From the NCBI GenBank assembly GCA_903895725.1, contig CAITUV010000008.1, positions 67,502 through 131,501 on the forward strand: 64,000 bases of DNA, written 5' to 3'. The stretch comes from an uncultured Myxococcales bacterium. Lineage in GTDB: Bacteria > Myxococcota_A > UBA9042 > CAIXZC01. Each line of letters starts with the position of its first letter. Position 1 is the stretch's first letter. The notes below the pieces were generated by a model, which searched no databases, was not told where the DNA came from, and worked only from the letters and a program-made list of their open reading frames with translations. The translations under genes were made by a program, and so were the position numbers. Below, in pieces: positions 48,536 to 59,324 of the stretch.

Positions 48536-50098
48536 ATGAGCGTCAACATCCGAGTCAACAGCGCAGCAGATGAGGCGGACCGCCGGAGGGTGGCGGTCAG
48601 CCGCCAGTTGGATTGGGAACGGCGGGCTGACTTGGGGCAGTATCTCACTCCGGTGGGCGTCGCCCGGTTCATGGCCGGGATGTTCGATGAGCTCCCGACA
48701 CGCGTGGCCCTCCTGGATGCCGGGGCCGGAACCGGCACGCTCACCGCTGCGTTCGTGGAGCAAGCTTGCCGCAGCGTAACTTGCCCCGCAGAGATCTGTG
48801 CTACAACCTATGAGGTCGACGCTCCCATGCTCGAGCACCTGGAGGAAACCCTGAAGGACTGCGCAGCGATCTGCGAGGAAGCCGGAGTTGCTTTCCAGGG
48901 AGACATCCGGACGGCCGACTTCATCGAGGCCGCCACGGCCAGTCTCGGCGGGGGCCTGTTCCGGGACAAGTCGTTGTCCTTTGATGCGGCCATCCTGAAT
49001 CCGCCCTATCGGAAAATAGCCACGTTCTCCATGGAGCGATGCCTCCTCCAGACGGTTGGCCTGGATGCCACCAACATGTATGCCGCCTTCGTGGCGCTGG
49101 CAATAAGGCTTCTCAGACCCAACGGACAGATGGCAGTCATCATGCCACGCAGCTTCTGCAACGGCCCATACTTCAGACCTTTCCGGGAACTGCTTTTGTC
49201 TGAGATGACGATCCGGCGGGTGCATGTGTTTGAGTCCAGGAAGAAGGCGTTTCGGGATGATGCCGTCCTCCAGGAGAACATCATCCTCCACGCAGTCAAG
49301 GCCAAGCCTGCGGGTGGAGTGATTCGCCTCTCGACAGGTGACAGCGACGCCGAGCCTAAACTCAGAGACGTGGACTACTCCGAGGTCGTCCGGGAGGCCA
49401 ACGGAGACCGCTTCATCCACCTGCCGACCGACCAGAGTGACTCCGATACTGCCGGGTGGATGGCGGCGTTGCCCATGACGCTCCCCTCGCTGGGCATTGA
49501 AGTGTCCACTGGCCGGGTGGTCGATTTCCGGGCCCGGGAGTTCTTGCGAGTGGACCCGGGTCCCGACACAGTACCGCTCATCTACCCGTGCCACTTCTCG
49601 TCCGGAGTCGTCGAGTGGCCTCTGTCCCCGTGCAGGAAGCCCAACGCCATTTCGGATGTCCCCGAGTCGTTGTCGCTCATGGTGCCGAGCGGATACTACG
49701 TGCTGACCAAGCGCTTCTCATCGAAAGAGGAAAGGCGTCGAGTTGTCGCTGCCGTCTATGATCCCAGCGTCTTCCCCTTCCACCGGGTGGGATTCGAGAA
49801 CCATGTCAACTACTTCCATGCTCGGGGTGCCGGTCTTGACCGCGACACAGCGTTCGGGCTGATGGTTTTCCTAAATAGCACTCCGGTCGACCGATACTTC
49901 CGGCAGTTCAACGGCCATACCCAGGTCAACGCTACGGACTTGCGTACCCTGCGATACCCTGACCTGGAGTCGCTTGCTGCGCTGGGGCGCGCCGCTGTAG
50001 AAGGGCGGACGGACTGTCAAGAGAAGCTTGACGAGGTTGTCGTTGCAACCTGTCAGGCCACGACCAAGAACGGAGACCCTACCGCTTCTGCGGGATGA
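48536..50098 (+). CDS. Type II N6-adenine DNA methyltransferase (BsuBI/PstI-like)
   Basis: GQYLTP, LLDAGAGTG, NPPY, PRSFCNG, GRVVDFR, FNGHTQVNATDL. Confidence 0.9.
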   Translation: MSVNIRVNSAADEADRRRVAVSRQLDWERRADLGQYLTPVGVARFMAGMFDELPTRVALLDAGAGTGTLTAAFVEQACRSVTCPAEICATTYEVDAPMLEHLEETLKDCAAICEEAGVAFQGDIRTADFIEAATASLGGGLFRDKSLSFDAAILNPPYRKIATFSMERCLLQTVGLDATNMYAAFVALAIRLLRPNGQMAVIMPRSFCNGPYFRPFRELLLSEMTIRRVHVFESRKKAFRDDAVLQENIILHAVKAKPAGGVIRLSTGDSDAEPKLRDVDYSEVVREANGDRFIHLPTDQSDSDTAGWMAALPMTLPSLGIEVSTGRVVDFRAREFLRVDPGPDTVPLIYPCHFSSGVVEWPLSPCRKPNAISDVPESLSLMVPSGYYVLTKRFSSKEERRRVVAAVYDPSVFPFHRVGFENHVNYFHARGAGLDRDTAFGLMVFLNSTPVDRYFRQFNGHTQVNATDLRTLRYPDLESLAALGRAAVEGRTDCQEKLDEVVVATCQATTKNGDPTASAG

Positions 50099-51131
50099 GT
50101 GTCATGTGGACATGGCCGGGGGTCACGGCCATGGCTCTCACGATGAACTCCTTTGACGGATCCTCCAGGATCCACAGGTGCGTGTCTGGAGCGAGGTTCT
50201 TGTACTTGCTCTGCCGGACTGCGGCTTCACGCCACGATCTGTAGACCGTGGTGAATCCGATCCTTGCGTTCCCACGAGTGCGCCCCACGAGTGCTCCGAC
50301 CTGAACCACCTTATGAAAGTCAACCTCGCCGTCGCTGGTGACGGCCTCAATTACCCAGAAGGACCCCTCTGCCGGGCTCCAGAGAAGGATATCGGGCATG
50401 GCATCACCGAGGCCAATCTCAATGCCCGCTTTCAGGAGACGTTCGCGCGCCTCTTGCGGGACTCGCTCGCCGTCCGCATCGTCGATGTACAACACTTCGT
50501 ACCCCGGCAGAAAGCTCGGGACATAGGTTGTCACGGCCGCTCGAATCAGGTCAGCGTGCTTTGTGTCCACGGCCGCCCGAGCTTGCTCGGCCGCCCGCGC
50601 TTGGAGTTCCAGCCGCAGCCTGACAGCGTCCGCCGAGATCCAGGAGCTTACCTGGGAGGCGAGGGTCTCCTCAGTGGCCTTCAGCACGGCCACGAAGTCG
50701 GCAGCCAGTCGGTAGGCAGAATTGGACGACTTGGCAATCGGGTGGCCAGCGACAAACCGCCCGGTCTCCTTCATCAGCGTGACCGGTTCGATTGCCCCAA
50801 CTTCTCGGAGGGGCTTGATCCAGTAATCCCTGCCCTCCCGGTCGAGCTTCCGCTCGTTGCGTTGAAGGATGCCCACATGGCAGGCAATGTGCGCGGTGGA
50901 GGCCCCGTCGCAGAAGCGCAACCCAGCGGCGCCCCCCGGAAACCAACTTGCCGTCCTGTCATCGAGCAGAGCAAACAGGGCATCCACGATGTCGGGCGAC
51001 GATCTGTCGATCATGCTCAGCACCCGCCGGACTCGGTCCTTGGAGACACACTGAAACTCAGGAGGCACAGGCTCTCCACCGTAGCGTACCGCCTCATCCC
51101 GGATCGCCTTGACCTTCTCTTCCAGAGCCAT
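50079..51131 (-). CDS. BsuBI/PstI-family type II restriction endonuclease
   Basis: F.PG..VLYIDD, MPDI, IEAVTSDG, T.Y, LA.DT..W; convergent with the methylase. Confidence 0.8.
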   Translation of the reverse strand: MALEEKVKAIRDEAVRYGGEPVPPEFQCVSKDRVRRVLSMIDRSSPDIVDALFALLDDRTASWFPGGAAGLRFCDGASTAHIACHVGILQRNERKLDREGRDYWIKPLREVGAIEPVTLMKETGRFVAGHPIAKSSNSAYRLAADFVAVLKATEETLASQVSSWISADAVRLRLELQARAAEQARAAVDTKHADLIRAAVTTYVPSFLPGYEVLYIDDADGERVPQEARERLLKAGIEIGLGDAMPDILLWSPAEGSFWVIEAVTSDGEVDFHKVVQVGALVGRTRGNARIGFTTVYRSWREAAVRQSKYKNLAPDTHLWILEDPSKEFIVRAMAVTPGHVHMTLIPQKR

Positions 51132-51437
51132 GCGTCCACCTCCATGTCGGCGGATCTACTACATCATCGTCAGAATGTACATCGAGAACGAAAAGGCTGT
51201 CTCCAGTTGCCCCGGCCGCTGCTGTGCGAAACCGGGGCTCCTCTTGACCTGCAAGGGCTTGACATACGGGTCGGCAGAACCGGGCGCGTTCCAATGGCAG
51301 CTCGCCCGAGATGCTCGGGGTGAGGTGCCGGATAACCTTGACGTTGTCGGGGACCCTGGTCATACTCCCGGATAGACGGCGTAGGGTCCTTTCGGGGGGG
51401 TCTGACATGGCTCACGTCGGCATGTAGGAGAGCAGTC

Positions 51438-51713
51438 GTGGTGCACAGAGTTCCGATTAGCCGCTTCCCGCAGGAGGTCGTGGTCCTCTCGGTCCAGCCG
51501 TTCCTTGCCCGGTTCTGGGTGAGCGTCAGCGAGGACGGAGATGACTTCGTTGTGGCATTCGAACCCAAGCAGCCCGGTTGCGCGTCGCCGTCAGCGGATG
51601 AGTATAGTAATGCCGTCCTGGAGGCCGCCTTCGTCTATCAACGTGCGGTCGACACGGCTGCCCTTCGCCACGCCCTCCTGGCGGAGGCTCTCTCCACCGT
51701 AGGAGACAAGTAG
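51438..51713 (+). CDS. HxsD-like small protein
   Basis: 91 aa; 'YSNAVLE......DTAALRHALLAEAL' pattern directly before an HxsB-like radical SAM; RBS AGGAG. Confidence 0.55.
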   Translation: MVHRVPISRFPQEVVVLSVQPFLARFWVSVSEDGDDFVVAFEPKQPGCASPSADEYSNAVLEAAFVYQRAVDTAALRHALLAEALSTVGDK

Positions 51714-51715
51714 CG

Positions 51716-52779
51716 GTGCGGTTGTCGCGCAGAATCTACCCCGGCAGCATCGTCGATGGAACGGGAGAGCCGGACGGGCCGAACTGGCTGGTGGCGGAAG
51801 ATGATGGGACTGGCACGCATCGCCCACGATTGAATGACTGGCTGTCGCACGCAGCGGAGGGGATTCTCACCGACTCATCATGCGACTTGCGGCCCCGAGG
51901 AGTCCCGACTCTACCCGCCCTAAACTTCTATCGTGCGGTCGAGTTGGCCAACGGGTTCCATTTTGTCTCTGTCGAGTCCGGAGACTGGGCATTCCTGGAT
52001 CGTGGGGAGTTCGACTCGCTGCGAGCGGGGACCATGGACTGCCAACTGCGACGTAGGCTCGAAAACGCTCATGTGTTGCTGACGAGCGAGAACATCCGAG
52101 AATACATCAACCGACTTCGGCACCGATACAGATTCCTGAGCGAGGGACCGACCCTGCACATCCTCGTCGTCACTCCTCGGTGCAACTTGACCTGCGTATA
52201 CTGCCAGGCATCCAGCGCTCCATCTCGGCATGGCGCAATGTCCGAGGACCTGGCACGCAAGGCCGTGGAGCGGGCCTTTGAGACATCAGCGAGTTCGCTG
52301 GTGATTGAGTTCCAGGGGGGCGAGCCCCTTCTCAATTTCCCTGCGGTCCGGGCGGCAATTGAACATGCCAAGCTGCTGGAGCGCGAGACTGGCAAAAGAG
52401 TCCAGTTCAGCTTGGTTTCGAACTTCACCGAGCCGGCTACTGAGGACAAGTTAGGGTATCTCATTGATGCCAATGTGAGCGTTTGCTTCTCCCTGGACGG
52501 GCCGGAAGATGTCCACGACGCAAATCGGGGGCAGGGCCATGCCGCCTGTCATCAGGCGGTCCTGCGCACCATCGGAATGTTCAGACGAATCTGGGCATCT
52601 CGAAGCCAGGCGCCTGTCGAGCTCCGCGCCATGATGACGACCACGCGGGCATCCTTGGAGAGCGCTGACCGAATGGTGCAGGCATACTTGGCTCAGGGCA
52701 TTGACCGCATCGCTATCCGGCCGGTTACTCGCCTGGGACGAGGTCGAAAGGCGGCTGCGGTCTCGTATTCTGCTGCCGA
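51716..52779 (+). pseudogene. HxsB-like radical SAM maturase, 3' truncated
   Basis: GPTLHILVVTPRCNLTCVYCQAS (CxxxCxxC), IEFQGGEPLLNF, SLDGP..HD.NR; no SPASM domain in frame. Confidence 0.75.
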
Positions 52780-53487
52780 GTCCTCGATGCGTTGGCTGCG
52801 ACCGTGCGTACCCTGAAGATCAGCATCCCCGTTGCCGATTCCGCGCGACTGGATGCTCTCACCGGTGTCTCAGATGCCCTTGCCACCAAGATCCGCACGG
52901 CGCTACTAGCTACCGAGCTAGGATTCGAAATCGAGATCCTCACGGCGCTGGTACCCGAGAACATCGGCCACCTCTCGCGTTTCGTGGACATCATCGAGCG
53001 CCTGCCCGGAGCGCGATGGGTACCCCTCCGTCTAGAGTCTTCTCCCACTTCCCTTCGCCCCGTGACACGCCACGACATCCAGAACCTCGCGGAGGAAGTT
53101 GACCGATTGATGCGGTGTTTCCCCGGCAAGGTCCCCGGCATCAGGTTGGCGACGCCATTCTGTGCTGTGGACCCGATTGAGTTGGGTGCGCGGGTCCTTC
53201 ATGGGAGAGCTGACGACTGTGGTCCATTCCGCAGCCTCACGGTGGATTCGAGTGGCCGCCTCGTGAGCTGCTATTCCTGCCGAGTGCCCATTCGGCGCAC
53301 CGAGAACTTGGAGAGCGCGCAGAACGATCCCGAGGTGCTCCGTTTGCGTTCCGCTGCGGGACTCCCCTCCGCTTGTCGAGCCTGCCATTATGTGGAGCGT
53401 TGTATGGGAGGGTGCGCGAGCGAACACGCAAGACACGCAACGGGGGACGGGGCCGTTGACTATCTGGCGGTCTGTCATGACGCATGA
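52776..53487 (+). pseudogene. C-terminal part of a second radical SAM/SPASM protein
   Basis: Barrel remnant 'LKISIP' and SPASM 'CRACHYVERCMGGC'; lacks CxxxCxxC. Confidence 0.7.
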
Positions 53488-53850
53488 CTTCTGGAGTACA
53501 CTGTGCATCCCCGGCGGCTGCCCCGCGCTCTTCGTTCCGCAATGGAGTGAAGTCGAGCAACCTGGATTCCTCCTGCGCTGGCACTGGCTGAGCGGTGGCG
53601 GCTACGATTCAGCTCTTGACCAATTGACCTGGGGCACCGAAATTGTAGAAGCATATTACGACACCATCGACATCATTTCGGATTCGGGCTTGGCACCTCC
53701 GAGAGGCCTCCGTCTGTTTCCCGCGGATCGGGACGGCGTCGAACGCAGACACATACGAATTGGTGGAGGCTCCCTCGGGCTACCATTCCTGCTTGGAGCG
53801 CTGTGCTTCTCGAAGCAAGTCCTGTGGCCGTCCCTTACGCTGGCGTGGGG
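53477..53850 (+). pseudogene. Truncated hypothetical protein with Lon-protease-like motif
   Basis: 'IGGGSLGLPFLLGAL' resembles the S16 dGxSxG motif; fused in frame to an integrase tail. Confidence 0.4.
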
Positions 53851-54004
53851 TGTCGGCCTCGAGCGCTCATATGTCGCGAAGCTTCTCAATCTCACGCTGC
53901 TGGCCCCCCGGATCGTCGAAGCCGCGGTCCGCGGCCAGGAACCGGACGGGCTCTCTGCCCACCGGCTGCGGGAGGGCGTGGAGGCGAAGTGGGACGCCCA
54001 GTAG
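53851..54004 (+). pseudogene. Integrase 3'-end fragment (copy 2, more diverged)
   Basis: VGLERSYVAKLLNLTLLAPRIVEAAVRGQEPDGL...WDAQ. Confidence 0.85.
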
Positions 54005-54025
54005 TAGAGGAGTGCTGGAAGCCCG

Positions 54026-54899
54026 CTACGGGGTCATGCAGGTAGCGCCACTGCGCATTTGCCGCCGCAGTCGCTCGATCTCTGCCTTCAGCATGTCGTT
54101 CTCCCGGCGCAGCGCGTCCGGGTCCTCGGGTTTCACATCGGGAAGGCACCACTCCCCGGTATCCAAGTCGAACCAGGAGGGCTCGTCAGACGGAAGGCAA
54201 ATGCCGACTTCGATGCCGTACTTGTCCTTCCACTGCTTCGCCCTCGCGGCGAGGGTGCGTTCCAGGCCACGTCTCTGGTCTGCGTTCCCGTGGGTCAGGA
54301 AGATTGTACGCCCGACCTGAGAGGGCTCGTCCCTGTAGCCCCTGAAGGCCCAGTCAGCCAGCCCTTCCTGGTCCAAGTGTCCCGAGTAGCCACGGATGCA
54401 GGCGATCTCGGCCTTGACGTCTGCCAGATTCAGCGAGCCACCATCTTCGAACTCGATCTTGTCGGTCAGCTTGGCCCTCTCCTCCTCAGGAAGCGCCTTG
54501 ATGGCCTGGAGTCGGGCCCCAATAGTCCCAGGGGACTGGAATCCGGTGAGCAGCACCGTGGTCGACTGAAGTGGGAGTAGCGCGCTCAGGTAGCCCAGCA
54601 CCGGTCCTCCGTCGCACATGCCCCCGCTGGTGACCAGGATGGCTCCGCTCCCATCGCCGGAGGTGAAGTCGACATGCTTCCTGACCACCTGGTGGATTCG
54701 ACGCCATGAACGCACAGTCGCGGGGAGACCGCGGCTATCCTCGGGGTCGAGCCGCATCCCGATGCTCGCCTCCGGCCCCGGGAGAGGACCTTCGCCGTAG
54801 TGCAGGACATCATCGAGAATGGCTGCGACCACGCCCTGGTCGGTCTCCGCGTTGAGGCCAAGGAGTTGAAAGAGACCCTTCGAAAGGTTGAGCAGCTTC
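54026..54899 (-). pseudogene. 3' half of a second beta-CASP nuclease copy
   Basis: Collinear with and highly similar to 43891..44816 (GGMCDGGPVLGYL, YSGHLDQ, FLTHGNADQRR). Confidence 0.92.
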
Positions 54900-55145
54900 G
54901 CCTCGAAAGATCTGTCGGGCCCGGGCGAGCTGGTCGAGCCAGGCCCCCGTGGCGGTCTCCACCAGGAGCAGCGGGATGATCTCGACGAGGGTGGTGCGGC
55001 CTTCGCCCAGCTCCTCGCCCCAGACGTCGCACAGGCGGGCGACGAGGGACTGCGCCCGCTCCTTGCGCTTGAGGAAGTTGGGGAGGAGCCACCAGAGGTA
55101 GTCCGCCAGCTTGGCCACGGTGTCGGCGGGACGTCGGCTACTCAT
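54896..55145 (-). pseudogene. 5' part of a second tail protein I-like gene
   Basis: Shares ~105 bp with 42121-42225, with about 8 differences counted by eye. Confidence 0.8.
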
Positions 55146-55943
55146 AGCTGGGCGCCTCCATGATGAGGGTGATGGCCCCGAGATCGGGTACCTGGTTGGG
55201 CGCGATGATGACGTTGCCAGTTGGGGAGGACCCCTCGACGGAGTAGACCCCCGGCACGCCCATGACCACGGCGAGGAGCTGGGAGATCATCACGTCCTTG
55301 CCCACGCCCAGCGGGATGAAGGGCAGCGTCGGGTCGTCGATGTCGCCGAAGAACACCGCCAGCCGCCGGCGGATCTCCGTGTCCATGGCGACCGGGTCGT
55401 AGCCGGCCCGCGGGGTGACGCTCGCGGCCAGGTCGATCACCACGGGCTCGGGAGCAAGCACCAGGGCATCGGCCGTGATGGGCCGGTTCTGGTCTACGAC
55501 TTCCTGGACGGCCTGCACGAGCGCGGGGTCCGGGAGCCCGGCTTCCCCCATGATGTAGACGTCGACCGTTCCCTCACCTCGAGGCAGGGAGTCGTCCACG
55601 AACGCGCTCTTCACGCCGGGCACCGAGAGGGCCCACGAGACGTAGGCCGCGGCCGTGCCGCCCTGCGAGAGCTCCTCCCAGGCCAGGAAGCAACGCTGGC
55701 GGAGCGCGGCGTCGGTCTCCTCGTCCACGCCGACGGTGGTGAGCCAGTCGGTGGGGTTCGTGACCGCGTCAATCCCGTTGATGAACGTCTTCATCTTCGT
55801 GATGGAGCCCGGGCCGACGTTGTAGGCGGAGCCAGCTGCTTCGGCGATGACCGGGACTTCGACGGAGGTCTGGCCGGCCTGGAGCACGGCCGCCTGGGTC
55901 GTGAAGTAGCGGTACTCCCGGCCCGCCTGATCCTTCGGGGTCC
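55138..55943 (-). pseudogene. Baseplate J-like gene, 5' end lost
   Basis: G.DEETDAALRQR, GGT..AY..WA.SVPGV, GEGTVDVYI. Confidence 0.85.
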
Positions 55944-56587
55944 GCTACCACGTGGAGCCCATCCTGCTCGACCTCGCCCGCAGTCTTCCCCTCGGCCGGC
56001 GAGCACACGAACAGGTGTTCCTTCGCCACCGAGTTTTCGCCGTGCTTGGCCGAGATGCTGTACTTGTGCTCCTTGCTCTGCATGCGGCTGGACTTGCCGG
56101 CCGCGGCGATGATCTTCTTGATCTCCGGCTCGGTCGGGAACGCGTGGTCCCGGTACGAGATGATCCAGTGCGGAATGTGCTTGGCCGCGCCCAGGAACTC
56201 GGTGAAGAACTGGCCGGCGTTGGCCCGGGTGACCTCGGTGGGGATCTCGTACTGCCGGGTCTTGGAGCCCGCCTGGATCTCCTTGCCCTCCCACCAGGTC
56301 ATCAGCCCCTCGATGAAGTGGTAGGCCCGCTCGTAGTTGGTCTGAGAGAACTCGGTCGCGTAGGGCGGGTCGAAGTAGGCCACATCCGCCTTGATGCCCG
56401 CCAGGATCTTCCGGGTGTCCGCGTGGTAGGCCTTGCAGGGCTTCTCGCCCTTGAATACCAGGGCGTTGACGCGCCGGCAGTTCTCCGCGAACCGCTCCTT
56501 GAACTCGCTCGGGCTGTCAGCCCGCCCCTCCTGCTGCTTGGTGGTCCCGAAGTGCCCGAACCCGCCCTTGCCCGTGATGCAGGCCTT
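55940..56587 (-). pseudogene. Distal part of a phage DNA adenine methylase
   Basis: YFDPPY motif; frame open back to K-ACITGKGGFGHF at 56587. Confidence 0.85.
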
Positions 56588-56727
56588 CCAAGCCGCCCCG
56601 CTCGCATGTAACCTGCCATTTACACAATACTTTTGTCATAGTCATCGAGTGGACAGGGATCTTGGGCCAGCGCATGTTGAGGTCGTGAGCGGGCGACAGT
56701 GCCCGCCGCGGACCTTGAGGCGCTGGG

Positions 56728-57247
56728 ATGTTTCGGACGGATGCAGAGCGGTTCCTGTTCCTGCTGGAGAGCGAGGCGGAGCTCGCCGAGTTCTTCGAGC
56801 ACGAGGGGCTGTCCGCGGAGGCCCGGGACGCCGAGCGGCCGAAGTACATCACCAACTACATCGGCTCGAAGCAGAAGCTGACCGACTGGATCTGGAAGGC
56901 GACTCCGGAGGATGCGGCGAGCGCCGCGGATGCGTTCTCGGGCTCCTCGGTCGTGGGGTACATGTACAAGACCCACGGCCTTGCGGTGTACCCCTGCGAC
57001 CGGCTGGCCTACTGCCACGCCATCGCCCGGGCCATCGTCGAGAACGACGGTCAGACCCTCTCCGACGAGGAGATCGAGGGCCTGCTCGCGGCCAACCCCA
57101 AGGCCCGGGACTTCGTGCGCAAGCACTTCGGCGGGGTGTACTTCGAGCCGGGTGTGCACGGGGTCATCGACACGATCCGCTCCAACATCGACGACCTGGG
57201 ACTGACCGGCCACAAGAAGGACATCGCCCTGTTCGCACTGGGCAAGG
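56728..57247 (+). pseudogene. 5' part of the same DNA adenine methylase, inverted
   Basis: NYIGSKQKL and DAFSGS motifs; ends ALFALGK at the AAGG breakpoint. Confidence 0.85.
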
Positions 57248-57341
57248 GCGACCAGCAGGACCGAAGAGGGGGATTGTCGATGCGGCCGGACAGGAGTATC
57301 GTCGTGCAACGAGGCCAGATCGAAGAAGTCGAGGAGGGGCC

Positions 57342-58850
57342 ATGCGTTTGTGTCCGTGCAGGGTGGTCGGGGCGACCCTCGTATTGGCCATGGTCGCGTG
57401 TTCGAGCCTGGAGACGCGGCCAACTACTGAACGTACCGTGCCCGAGAATGTGCCTCTCACTGCTGAACGTTCGGATCAGTCTGCAGTACCAGAGGCAGCC
57501 CGGATAGAGTGGCTGGACAGCCAGGCGGCCGGAGTCGCTTTCTCGAAGACGGAGACCACCGTCGCTCAGTTCGAGGCCTGCGTGACTGCGGGAGCGTGTC
57601 GCGCAGGGACTGTGGGGACAAGCGCGAAGCTCGACCTGTGCAACTGGGGAGCCCCACAGCGGGCCTCGCATCCGATGAATTGCATTGCCTGGGAGGATGC
57701 ACAGGAGTTCTGCCGTTGGGCTGGCGGCCGGCTGCCGACCGACCATGAGTGGATGGCCGAAGCCACAGGGGCGTTCTCCAGAGCGTTCCCATGGGGGAAC
57801 GAGGACCCGACCTGCGAGCTGGCCGTGATGGGAACACTGCAGGAATCAGGGTGCGGGACTGGCCACACGTGGCCTGTCTGCTCCAAGCCGAGGGGGAATA
57901 GCGTCAGTGGCCTCTGCGACATGAGCGGAAACGTTTGGGAGTGGACGATGGGTGGTACCGACAATGACCCTCAGCGTGCCATCAGAGGTGGCTCCTGGGG
58001 GATTGGCCCGGAGGATCTTCAGACCCCGGGCAAGGGCGGGGTCGTCTCGCCCGAAGCCGACTTCGGCTATCAAGTGGTAGGGTTCCGTTGCGTTCGACTC
58101 GGCTCGTCGGAGGCCGGAGACAAGATGGCCGAGGAGATGCTCGCCAGTGAGCCGATCGAAAGGCCGGCCGCGGCCGCACCCGTGCCGGGCAATGGTGGTG
58201 TCTCCTGGATGCAGAGTCAGGTGGCGGTGCTTGACGGACTGATGTTCGCACGAACCGAGACAACTCTTGCCCAGTACAGGGCGTGCGTCGAAGGAGGAGC
58301 CTGCCAGAGCGGACCCTTGGAGGCGAGTTCGATCATGTTCGACGAGGCCGAAGGCGAAGCCTGCAACGGGCGATTCAAGGACAGAGAGGACCACCCCGTG
58401 AACTGCGTAACGCTGGGCGAGGCTGAGGCCTTCTGCGCCTGGGTCGGCGGAAGACTGCCGACGGCCTCTGAATGGTACGGTGAGGCCGCCGTGAAGGAGG
58501 TGCGGAGCTACCCATGGGGGAATCAGCCGGTCACTTGCCACGAGGCCGTTTGGGGAGACTGGAATCGGCCCGGCTGTGGCAGGGGCAGTACTTGGCCGGT
58601 CTGTTCGCTGCCGGATGGCGACAGCTTCAGCGGCCTGTGCGACATGGGCGGAAATGTGTCGGAGATGGTCAAGGGCCTCTTTGGCGCAGAGGACGGGGCA
58701 ACCTACGTAATGGGGGGGGATTGGCGTCGAGAAATGCCGGAGTTCCTTCGGACTGACAAGCATTGGGTGCTCCCTTCGGACACCCGATCGGACAGTTGGG
58801 GGTTCAGGTGTGTCCACGAGGCCGCTGGCGCAGATGCGCCGAAGGAGTAG
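57342..58850 (+). CDS. Lipoprotein with two FGE-sulfatase (SUMF1/C-lectin fold) domains
   Basis: Lipobox MVAC; two sets of TETT..Q, HP.NC, GGRLPT..EW, GLCDM.GNV.E, GFRCV; RBS GAGGAGG. Confidence 0.88.
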   Translation: MRLCPCRVVGATLVLAMVACSSLETRPTTERTVPENVPLTAERSDQSAVPEAARIEWLDSQAAGVAFSKTETTVAQFEACVTAGACRAGTVGTSAKLDLCNWGAPQRASHPMNCIAWEDAQEFCRWAGGRLPTDHEWMAEATGAFSRAFPWGNEDPTCELAVMGTLQESGCGTGHTWPVCSKPRGNSVSGLCDMSGNVWEWTMGGTDNDPQRAIRGGSWGIGPEDLQTPGKGGVVSPEADFGYQVVGFRCVRLGSSEAGDKMAEEMLASEPIERPAAAAPVPGNGGVSWMQSQVAVLDGLMFARTETTLAQYRACVEGGACQSGPLEASSIMFDEAEGEACNGRFKDREDHPVNCVTLGEAEAFCAWVGGRLPTASEWYGEAAVKEVRSYPWGNQPVTCHEAVWGDWNRPGCGRGSTWPVCSLPDGDSFSGLCDMGGNVSEMVKGLFGAEDGATYVMGGDWRREMPEFLRTDKHWVLPSDTRSDSWGFRCVHEAAGADAPKE

Positions 58851-58972
58851 TGCGACGCACAGCCTCTCCCAGAGCATGCCGACCTACTGCATGAACCAGA
58901 CACTCAGCGGTTGAGGAGGAAGCGTCCATTTCTGCAAGCACCGACCGACGATGGCCCGCCTACCATGAGGGA

Positions 58973-59308
58973 GTGCTGGTGGTCTGCTTCCACGCTCGTT
59001 GGTCTCAGACATGCCAGGACCTCTCGGTCGTGGTTCGGGAACTGGAGGGATCTGTCGACTTCTCGGTGACGTGGAACATGGTGGACGTCGACTCGGATCC
59101 GGCCGCAGCCAGAGAGTGGGATGTCACGGCCGTGCCCGACTTCCTCTTCTTCCGAGGCGGCCAGCTCATTGATCGCTTCCTCGGAGTCCCCGTGGGGCCA
59201 GCAAGGAACGCCTTCCTCGACCGACTGCGGACGGCCCATTTCTCCGGCTCGAACGTCCTGGTTCTTCGACTCGACCGAAGGGAGAACAAAGGGAGCGAGA
59301 GCCCCTGA
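58973..59308 (+). pseudogene. Degenerate thioredoxin-like ORF
   Basis: 'VVCFHARWSQTC' (SxxC) and 'VTAVP.FLFFRGG...DRF.G'; no clear start or RBS. Confidence 0.45.
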
Positions 59309-59324
59309 CAGGGAACTGCTGGAC

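Noticed and set aside
57342-58850. FGE/C-lectin domains as a diversity-generating retroelement target
   Set aside because: No reverse transcriptase and no adenine-variant template repeat seen in the window.
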